Positions 1 through 9,573 of a stretch of DNA of 40,169 nucleotides are shown one piece after another. This DNA comes from Catajapyx aquilonaris (lineage: Eukaryota). The position numbers were made by a program, and so were the translations under genes. Each line of letters starts with the position of its first letter. Within the stretch, counting starts at the first letter, position 1. The stretch spans positions 1-40,169 of the forward strand of contig JYFJ02003562.1 of assembly GCA_000934665.2 (NCBI GenBank). The letters run 5' to 3'. The notes under the pieces are model-generated. The model was not told the origin of the DNA. It searched no databases and saw nothing but the letters and a program-made list of their open reading frames with translations.

Positions 1-90
1 GTCTTTCATTTACTGTTCCTTAATGGATGTTTTGATAAAATTCGCAAAACCTATTTATGTCGTCCTAAACTGGGCTCCGCGCCCACTGTG
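1..90 (-). mobile_element. Probable end of a Transib-like DNA transposon (RSS-like TIR), truncated by the window start
   Basis: The minus strand reads CACAGTG (84-90) + 23 nt + ACATAAATA (52-60). It is flanked by CGGCG (91-95), a CGNCG-type 5-bp target site. The partner TIR is not visible. Confidence 0.45.
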
Positions 91-395
91 CGGCGGTGCA
101 AAGAGACCGTTGCACCCGTGACTCTGCACAACTTGGCCCTGCCAGTAGGTATCCGGTGCCCTTAATGTTAAACTCTGTGTGATCACTTTATACTTGTTAG
201 GAAAGGTATGAAATATTTACTTGCAACTCCTCTGAATTATTTTTGATACACTCTTGCTAGGAAATATTCTAGTGCTAAACAGCAGGAATTTTTTCTGGAT
301 GTTACTAAGTTTGTCTAGCAATGAAGCTGCAATAATATTAATTTTATTGTTAATCTTTATTGAGCATTGACAAGTTGATCTCATTGGTCTATTAG

Positions 396-544
396 GTGCA
401 ATGGAGAATTGGGGTCTGGTTACATACAGGGAAACTTGCTTGCTGGTTGACCCAAAGAATACTTCTGCATCAAGGAAGCAGTGGATAGCCCTTGTTGTAG
501 GACATGAGTTGGCTCACCAATGGTTTGGAAACTTGGTCACTATG
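396..544 (+). CDS. Psa: Psa exon (GAMEN and HEXXH motifs)
   Basis: attag|GT GCA ATG GAG AAT TGG ... ACT ATG|gtaagg; encodes (G)[49 protein letters not shown]. Confidence 0.95.
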
Positions 545-3500
545 GTAAGGATTTTGAATTTTCATTTAATTGGACCTAGTATTGTGCCTTCTTACAGCTA
601 ATGAGTTTTCTTTGCTTCATGCTGAGCAGGAGTGGTGGACCCATCTGTGGCTTAACGAGGGTTATGCCTCCTTCGTGGAGTTCCTTTGCGTGGAACATCT
701 GTTTCCAGAATATCACATTTGGACTCAGTTTGTAACAGATGAGTATAGCAGAGCTCTGGAGTTGGACTCGTTAAGAAACAGCCATCCTATTGAGGTGAGT
801 ATGGGGTTAACTATAGTACAGCCAGTGTGTAGCTGAACTATACGTGTGATTTTCTTCTCGACTGTAGAGGGGAAGGGTGTGGGGCAGATCATGCAACAGG
901 TTATTCAGCTAGTGTAAACTAACCTACAGTCCAGTATGTACTCATCTTGAGTACTTTTCATTTTTTTTCTTCATCCCTCTCCTTTTCCTATGGTTTCTAG
1001 GCACCACAGTAAAGAATAGGAAAATGTACCATCTAACACTCAGAAATCTGAAGTATGAAAGTAGGAAGTATCTGAGCATGAACTGACAAGGGACATATCA
1101 CGGGTGATAATAACAAATCTGGATTAAACTGAATATCCTAATGTAGGACAATAAGGTAAGTGTCCCAGTGGTCGACACGTTAAGGAAAAAAATTCACGTC
1201 TGACGCTCTTTTCATGGGAATTAATTTAAGAAATCCCTGAAAAAAATACTGTTCGAATCATCGAGACTTGCTCTTTCATCCGGTGCATGTTCATGCCATA
1301 TTAATCAGGTTAATTTTGCCTTAATTTTTAAATATGTAAGTGTGCAAATGCTTCAGTTATCGACACCCAAAATGATGACAGTTCCAGTAATAGACACCAC
1401 TCGTGTCCCAGTATAGTCTGTGTAGCGTATTTACTGCTGTTGTGTCAATATCATAAGGGAATGGTAAGTTTTACATCATGTTGGGTTAGCAATCTTAGCA
1501 TAACTTAATAGAGTAATTAGATTTTATTCTGAATAATCATTCATTACAATAATGATCACACGTACATAAGTGATGAAATTTTAATGCTTGTGAAAAGTGA
1601 GTTTGCAGTCTGATTAATTTTCTGTTTATTTTTACCATGACAGGTTCCTGTAGGCCATCCTTCAGAGATTGATGAGATCTTTGACAACATATCGTACAGC
1701 AAGGGCGCGTCTGTGATTCGGATGTTGCACAAGTACATTGGGGATGATGACTTCCGTAAAGGAATGAACATATACCTGACTCGCCACCAGTACAAAAATA
1801 CCTTCACGGAAGACCTCTGGGCTGCCTTGGAAGAGGCCAGCAGGAAACCTGTGGGTGCTGTAATGTCCTCCTGGACAAAGCAAAAGGGATATCCTGTTAT
1901 CCGGGTGAAAGCCAAGCAGGATGAGGATCGGAGGGTTCTGACTCTGGTTCAGGAGCAGTTCTTTGCAGATGGAGCCACTAAAAGTGGTAAGAGTGTGAAA
2001 TTGAAGAATTTTTTTTTGTTGGTTAACTGTCCTTGTTTAGGAGGTTATGCAATGTTTGTGCAGGTAAAGGTTGCCAGCACTGCATTTTTCTCAACATAAA
2101 ATGCAATTCTAGTAGTTAATAGTAATGTACTGTTGTAGCCAACTTGATGGAGATGTACTGGAAGGCTTCAATTAGTATAGTTCATAAAAACCAAGTGATG
2201 TGTTCTCTAAGTGATGTGACACCATGATCATTTCTTCACGTTATGTCATTTACACGGCCTATTTCTTAAAGAACCAAGGTGCAGTGGGTCATCACTGTAC
2301 GGTTTACCCTACACTTTTCAAATCCTGAATTTGTGCAACATACTATCAACTTTTTTTCCTCACTATGGTAATTTTTCTCGGCTGCAGGCTGCCCAGTTTT
2401 GCCCAGATTATGCTTCACTTAGGTTGTAGTATTAATTTTGCTGTATGCCTTACTGCAGGACCTGAAAATATTGCCTGTTTTTTCATTTGACAAGTTCTGT
2501 ATTATCAGACAAAAATTTATGAGAAATCATATATATATCTCACTATTCCCAATATGGGTTGCCTGTGTGGGGCCTGAGTCATTTTAATCGCATCAGAAAA
2601 GTTCTGGCTTAGAGTGAAAATATTACATGTAATAATGCTGTACCTTTTTCTGAATTACAGCGGGAGACTCCAGTCTCTGGATGGTCCCCTTGACATTCAG
2701 TACAGCAGCTGACCCAAGCAAGATCACCTGCCAAATGGTCTTGGATGGGAGGTCAGCAGAAGTGGTGCTGCATGGGGTCAGTCAGGATGAGTGGGTCAAG
2801 ATTAATCCTGGCACTGTGGGCTTCTACCGGACCCAGTATCCTCCTTACATGCTAGAGCAGTTTCTGCCCTCTGTCAGGGACAGGAGTTTGCCCCCTCTGG
2901 ACAGACTTGGACTTCTTGATGATCTATTCGCCATGGTTAGTGTGTGGCAATGCTTTTTTATTATGTGAGGAAACAGGATGTCATGCTGGGAGAGTTTTTG
3001 ATGGTGTTAATGCTGAAACAGATACATATTATAAGGGGATGCAAAAATGAGGCAATGGGAGTTAAGTCAATTTGTATTTGAAGAAATGAGTGTTTGATGA
3101 AATTGTGTAGGATCAGTGAGATTTTGGGGGCTTCACCAAAGATTTGTGGCAACCATACATACAGTCCAGTGTGTTGAACTGGCAAAATCTGGGCCATCAT
3201 GTGATATCCAGTGTAAGTTGTGTAAGCCTCTTCAGGCATAAAATGTTACACAATTAAGTTTGACACCACGTTTTATGTGTTATTGGACACAAAAAATATT
3301 TTTTGGGGTAGTTTTGGCTTGAAAGAACGTTTATTGTTCTGATCAACAGCATGGAACCATAGGGTAAAATCATTTACGAATAAGGTTAGAACACTGGCCA
3401 CATTGGACACCTGGCATGGTATCTTTATAAGTACTTTCAGGTGTACAGGTTTGGTCCTTTTCTGTAATGCCTGGGTTCTGTGTGTAAGGGATGGTTTGCT

Positions 3501-6404
3501 GGGAGGGAATAAGTTGTACAGGTGCAGGTGAGCAATGTTGTTTTGTACAGTCTCCTGGGTAGTTAGTCTATTAGAAATCCTGCCTGAGATGACAAATCTC
3601 CACACAGGCTGAGAAGGGAAAGCCTGGGCTTGGGGTCGATCCTGGGACCTGTCTGTACATGGGAACGAGCGTAACCACTGTGCCACTCCACCTGCTCTTA
3701 ACATGGGGTGAAATACTTCCCTGTACCTCCGTTTGTTCTCATTAACTGTGTAAACTGCACCCCCTATTCAGCATTCTCCTGGCAACCCTGAATATGCCTC
3801 TGTTCACAATAAAAGTTAATGCAAAATTTTCCATAAGACCAATGAAGGGCACCATAACTAATCACAATTAAATAATGCTAATTAGGTTTCATTTGAATTT
3901 AGAAGTTGCTGTTGCAGTAACAATTTGAAAATGTTCAATAGATCGATGATGCACTTCCAATCCCAAAATAGCAGTTCATGCCATTTCTTCTGTTGCTGTT
4001 TTGTGGCCCTCTCCTTGCAAGGCCATAAATGTGTGACAAAAGTGGCACATTTCACAGTACAGCTGTTAATCAGGTCAATCAGGTGGAGGGTCACCGAACC
4101 TGTACTACATTGGTCCTTTAGCTTGAAGCTAACAAACAAGCTTCTCAGTTCTTTGTCAAGGTTAGCCTTGGTGTCACAAATTATTAATTTCCGGTTTTTG
4201 GAGATATGCAAATTCCATTTGGTGGGAGATGAGGAGTCGCATTATGTTGAGGTATACACGATTCTAAATGGGTGAAAACTTGAAGTTGGATGGTGGCACC
4301 CTTTGCATGTGGCTGATGCTAAACAGTATCTACCATAAATTATACGTCAGATTGGTACATTCTACAGTATAGTAGTTATGACCAGTTTTTTTGGAACCTA
4401 TAATTTTGCATGGACATCCTTCTTGTGCAGTATTAATGATTTGCCTTGGGCAGTAATAATTTTAAATATAAGGGTCATTCAGATGAAAATGAGCGATGGT
4501 CATGTAGCAAATTTCGTACCGTGTACGAAAACTGCACATCTTTGTTGTGTTAGAGCCTGGAGGAAGGAGTTTGCTTTCCTGGTCTGGAATCACCAGTCAA
4601 TGAAGACCACCCCTCTCGAAACCGCTTACTCCAGGCTCTAACACATGACAGAGATAAGCACTTTTTGTACATGGTAGCCTACTCGTACGGCAATTAATTT
4701 CTGTATCCTCTACACCTTTCACATTTCAGAAGCAGATTACCGATTGCTTCTCAACATTCATTGCTTTCATGTCTGACTGGATGGTCTTTATCATGAGGGG
4801 GTCCTGAATGAAGGCACTCTGCAACTGTGTCGAGTGATCGAATGGCCAACTGTCAGTGTGTCATAATACTACACCGGTATGACCTTCATTTTGTGTATAA
4901 GATGTTGGGACGAACCCATCCGGATATTTGCTATATGACCATGGCTCGTTTTCATGTGAATGACCTTAATATCATCGATTATTTTCACTTTTAAATGCAT
5001 GCCAACTGTGAAACAGTGAAATAACATGCGGTAGCAAGATGTAAGGACATGTAAGAAGATATTAGGGCTGAAAGGGTTTGACTTCCAATTTGTGGCAGAG
5101 AGGCTTACGTATTTTGTGTGTACAGTGTGATGAGTAATTCTAGCAAAATGGAGTAATTTCTTGGGTTATTTCAAGACTGTTCAGCTTGCAGCCATCAAGA
5201 GTCTTTTAGAGTTTGGTTCTTGCATCAAGTCAAGGAATTGCTCTGCATCTCATTTTATGGGACGTCTGGCATTTCAGGGCATAGATTTTTGCATTCCTGC
5301 TTTATTTTGCGAAATGATGTATGACTACTGCAAGAATAATGCATGTCAGCTTCTGTGACTGCTGATAGGAGAAATATGCATGCTGATGCTGCGTGAGAAC
5401 CAATGTTTGTATCACTATTGTGAACTTGCCAATGTGACAATTATAATTATGAGTAACTTGAGAGACTGGCCTTTTTCACACATATGTCTTGTGTTAATGA
5501 CACATTCTTTTCACTCTTTATCATAAGGACTTCTATCACTGGTTGTGTCTTTTCTCTACTGTCTAGAAATAAATCAGTGACTTAGTAAGTCAACTGGCAG
5601 TCAATGGCATTTTAAAAATTTGAGTAAATGTCAGCTTCTCCTGCGTGATCTGTAAATATTAATATTTTCCCACGAAGGGTAAACAAGATTGTTTGTGAAT
5701 ATTCAGAAAGCGTGACAAGTCTATCCTGCATCCCCCACCTCTTTTGACCCAAACCACCTTAAAAAGTGTGCTCGTTAGCAAGAGGCCTTTTCGTCGGGGT
5801 GGACAGGTGGGCGGGCCAGGGCATGGAGCTCTAATTACCCCCTTCTGAGATATTTGGTTAAGAAGACATGCTGATTTGCATGAGAGCCTTTTGGAAAAGG
5901 GGAGGGAAAAGTGAAGTAAAAGATCTCTTCCCTCTTCCCCCTGCTCCTTAGTGTGGTGTCACACCATATCATGATTAAGTGATCGGGCCAGGGCTACTAA
6001 GAGATTCCGTCATCACCTGGTAATTATAATGTCTTATAGAGTGGCCACTGGTGGGGGAGGACTGGGAGTTGGGGTGCTTGATATGTATATTAGCATACTA
6101 GAGTGATGTCAGGGAGGTGGGTAAGGGATTGGGGGGTGGGAGAGGTTGTGTGTGTGTATGGGTCAAGTCTTGTGTGGGAACCATACATGCTAATGTGTAA
6201 ATCATCACTTTTTTTCTGGGGCCATACAAATTGTACAGTCTGACCAAACAGAGTAGGCTTGATGGCCTATGGGTTTTAAAGTAATGATTGCGTCCTAGGA
6301 GATTAAGTGGGTGTCAGTAGACCAGTGGAGAAAGGTGGGCTGGGATTTTAGCATGTCTCAGGCATGGGTAAAACCTGTGGGAGGAGCCACTGACAGGAGC
6401 ACCA

Positions 6405-6446
<42 letters not shown>

Positions 6447-9400
6447 TTTATTTTGCAGCGTTGTTGGGATTTTTTTTTTTTACCAAACACTAGTCTAGGA
6501 TGTGTCAGATCCACCTGGACATGAAAAGTTGATATTTAATCCTATTATGGTTTTTGCTACTTTACCAGATGAAAATACCTTGATTTAAAATAGCCAGATT
6601 TGAAAATGGATAACATCACTAGGTTTAATATGGAAGCAAGTGACCAGTGTGTGTTATCTATTCCTCTGGTTGTGGTTTAAGTGCATTAAAAAAAAAAAAG
6701 AATTGGGGAGAACAAATTCATTTTTAAAGTAACTTCCTGTACTCATACAGTTATTATTTACTCTTAACAATTACATATCAGAATTCATATCTTCTTTCTG
6801 CTTCTGTGAACACAGGTTCAAGCAGGTCACACATCAACAGTGGAAGTTTTAAAGCTGATGGAAGCATTTGTGGAAGAGGACAACTACACTGTGTGGAGCT
6901 CCATCAACAGCTGCATTGGCAGGCTTCTCACACTCATGTCTTACACCCCTTGTGAGAGTGGCCTGAAAGCATATGGACGCTCTCTCCTGGATGGTGTCTC
7001 CAGGAAGTTGGGGTGGGAAGCGAAGTCAGGGGAGAGCCACCTGGATACTCTCCTGCGCTCCTTAGTGCTGGGCCGCCTGGGGATGCTGGACCATCCAGAT
7101 GTGGTGGACCAGGCCAAGAAGAGGTTCCGATCGCACCAAAGTGCTGAGGAAGTGTTGCCTGCCGACCTTAGGAGTGCTGTGTACAGGGCTGTGTTGGCAC
7201 ATGGCGATGAGTCCACCTATGAAGACATGCTCAAGGTCAGTGTAGTCCTCCCCTTAACTAGTCCTGATTGCAAGTGTAGCATTCGCAGGTTTAAATGTTG
7301 CGCACTAACAAAGATAAAGCCTTGTAGGATGTTGTAAGGTTGCTCTATTGTTACCAAGTTAGACCTTTGATATGGCAATTATTACTCCAATTATTTCCAG
7401 TGCTACACGGTGGGATCTAGCATGTTTGACTGTGAACATTTTTCATCCTCCAAAATGCGCCTATTCAGTAGCTTTCAAGTGCACAGCTGGTGCATTGAGA
7501 GACTGATTAATGGCTATTATTTTTTACATCCAATAAAGAAATGAGGTTTTCTTTTGTGAATATTACATTAAAAGAATTTTACGAACTTTTCAATTATGTT
7601 TTACAACTAGGTTTGCTGGTAAGTTGATATTTACGTAGAAGAAATTCCCAATTTATGTTCTTTTGAATAGCCACCTGAGGGGAAGGGAATTAATCTGGTG
7701 GGAAGGCCCTAATGGAGGCAATTAATTATCAAGTTCAATTGCTGGGGAGAGGGGGTGAATTAAGATTAAGATGCATACTGGGTCACCTAATCACAGGTTG
7801 ACACCATGTGGAGCACAAGGACAGGGCATAAAATCACAATCAAGGTGGGATGTGACAACAGTCCTGCATGATGAATGAAGTTGTATAATCAGCTAACCAG
7901 GAGTGCTAGTGACAGGGCTGTTGCTTGTGAAGGACTGGGCTCATTATTGACAGACCTTGGACCTGGTTTTAAAGGGGGATTTTCAGTGGGGGAGAGCAGA
8001 GGGAGTTGTAATTAATGCATATTTCACACTCCAGAAGTATCAAGCCCATTAGTCACTAGTAACATTGGGACCCCTAGTGGTGGGGCATTGGTACACTCAT
8101 GGACACAAATAAATTGTTAGGGTGTACCCTGGGGCTTAGCACAATTTATGTGTGTTCCTGAGTGTGCACCTTGGAAGGCCAATAACTCTGGTTTTCTGGG
8201 TAGGGCATTGTAACAGGACATTACAGCTTTTATGAGCATGGAAATTTTTTGTTTTAAATCAAAAGTAGAATATTGTTTGTTTGTGAGGAGACATTTTTTG
8301 TACATGTTTGGACTGTATAACTTATTTTTGCACATGATCTCATAATGCTCATGAGGCTCTCAGATTGGAGTCCGAGCATCCATATTTTACCAGGTATTGC
8401 GGCACCAGCTTATAAGACAAATTATGGCCCCCTGGAGCTTGATATGTTAATTAAGCACTAATTAGATCATTAGATGGGTTGTAAAGAGCTGCATAGTGAC
8501 TGGAACCCTACCTGAGTTATGTATTTTTTGGGTGGATGAGGACAAGTTGCGATGCACGTTGTGTTGTTGTTATCCCCGAAGGGTGCCAGGGAAAATTTCC
8601 AGCATGTTAAACAGGCAAATTTACTGCTCAGTATCTGTGGTCTCTTTTCCACAAGGCTCATTCTAACTGCAGGGGGAATAGAGCCATGGCAAAGAGTGAC
8701 CATTTATTAGTCGAGACGAAACGGGTTGTAAAACTATTTCTGATCTGTTGTTTTCAGTTGTACCGAGAGGCAGACCTTCACGAGGAAAAGGACCGCATCT
8801 CCAGGTCTCTCGGGGCCATAAGGAATGAGGCAATTCTTGCTAAGGTTCTTCAGTTTGCAATGTCTGTGAGTATCTTCCCAATGAGGAACATGCAGTTTTA
8901 CCATCTCCTTATGTCCATTACACATTGCATTTCTTTCTACTCTGCCTCACATCTATGTGTACAGATTGATGAAATAAAGTTATTGTCAGTAAGAAACATG
9001 CTGTTTTATCAAATTTAAACACTAGCAAGTTGAAATTATGAACTAAATGTTTAAAATTTTTATAAGGAAGATTAGTACAGCATTTATTGGTACTTTTTCT
9101 AAAACGCGTAAGCAAGTTAATTTTAAAATATATTCATTTTCAGGATGAAGTTCGATCCCAAGACACTGTGTTTGTGATCAATTCAGTGGCCATGACTCGC
9201 CTGGGACGGGAACTGGCCTGGACATTTTTCCAGGACAATTGGCAGACTCTAATGAACCGCTATGAGGTACATTTTTTTCCCACATGCATCATTTGTACCT
9301 ACACTAGGCTATTTATTTTTATTTATCATTGAATGCCTTTTTTTTTTGTTCTTCTAGGGAGGTTTTCTAATTGCCCGCCTGGTGAAGTGCACCACAGAGA

Positions 9401-9573
9401 ACTTTGTGACGGAAGAACGTGCCCGAGAAGTTGAGGCCTTCTTTCAGAAGCACCCTTTCCCTGGAACTGAACGCACTGTTCAGCAGAGCCTCGAGACAAT
9501 CCGCCTGAATGCAGCTTGGCTGAAGCGAGACACACATGCTGTTCAAGACTACCTCTCTAAGCGCAAGCTGTAA
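396..9573 (+). CDS. Psa: Puromycin-sensitive aminopeptidase (M1 zinc metallopeptidase), 5'-partial, spliced: join(396..544,630..794,1644..1986,2661..2935,6816..7235,8758..8865,9144..9266,9358..9573)
   Basis: Eight exons with canonical AG/GT boundaries join in one frame. Motifs: [30 protein letters not shown]...WLNEG (HEXXH-X18-E), ISYSKG (catalytic Tyr) and a C-terminal ERAP1-like domain ending [19 protein letters not shown]...KRKL*. The sequence closely resembles animal PSA/NPEPPS. Confidence 0.96.
630..794 (+). CDS. Psa: Psa exon (third zinc ligand, WLNEG)
   Basis: gagcag|GAG TGG TGG ... ATT GAG|gtgagt; encodes [28 protein letters not shown]...SHPIE. Confidence 0.95.
1152..1416. mobile_element. 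Degenerate DNA-transposon end with subterminal repeats
   Basis: Starts taaggtaagtgtcccagtggtcgacac. The motif CAGT(N)2T(C/A)GACAC recurs at about 1166, 1354 and 1385, and gtgtcccagt recurs at about 1404. No partner end was found. Confidence 0.35.
1644..1986 (+). CDS. Psa: Psa exon
   Basis: gacag|GTT CCT GTA GGC CAT ... AGT G|gtaaga; encodes [29 protein letters not shown]...[10 protein letters not shown]. Confidence 0.95.
2661..2935 (+). CDS. Psa: Psa exon
   Basis: ttacag|CG GGA GAC ... GCC ATG|gttagt; phase matches the previous exon; encodes LWMVPL...[16 protein letters not shown]...[12 protein letters not shown]. Confidence 0.94.
3541..3697 (-). mobile_element. tRNA-derived SINE, diverged copy
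   Basis: Minus-strand A-box TGGCACAGTGGT (3674-3685) and B-box GGATCGACCCC (3632-3642). The body shares (TTTTGT...GGGTRGTTAGTCTAT...AATCC) with the copy at 29517-29684. Confidence 0.75.
4472..4966. mobile_element. MITE, PIF/Harbinger (Tourist-like), 495 bp
   Basis: 41-bp TIRs match 36/41 (gggtcattcagatgaaaatgagcgatggtcatgtagcaaat versus the reverse complement of ...atttgctatatgaccatggctcgttttcatgtgaatgacct). TAA is duplicated on both sides (4469-4471, 4967-4969). No transposase ORF. Confidence 0.85.
6409..6440. repeat. (TC)16 microsatellite
   Basis: Read directly. Confidence 0.95.
6816..7235 (+). CDS. Psa: Psa exon (ERAP1-like C-terminal domain)
   Basis: cacag|GTT CAA GCA GGT ... CTC AAG|gtcagt; encodes [18 protein letters not shown]...[25 protein letters not shown]...PADLRSAVY. 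Confidence 0.94.
8758..8865 (+). CDS. Psa: Psa exon
   Basis: ttttcag|TTG TAC CGA ... ATG TCT|gtgagt; encodes [20 protein letters not shown]...VLQFAMS. Confidence 0.93.
9144..9266 (+). CDS. Psa: Psa exon
   Basis: ttttcag|GAT GAA GTT CGA TCC CAA GAC ... TAT GAG|gtacat; encodes [12 protein letters not shown]...[21 protein letters not shown]. Confidence 0.93.
9358..9573 (+). CDS. Psa: Psa terminal coding exon
   Basis: cttctag|GGA GGT TTT CTA ... TAA; encodes [16 protein letters not shown]...[26 protein letters not shown]. Confidence 0.94.
   Translation, partial: GGFLIARLVKCTTENFVTEERAREVEAFFQKHPFPGTERTVQQSLETIRLNAAWLKRDTHAVQDYLSKRKL

Noticed and set aside
1556..1915. Antisense ORFs over Psa exons (also 6941-7216 and 9326-9585)
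   Set aside because: Complementary-strand shadows of real exons.
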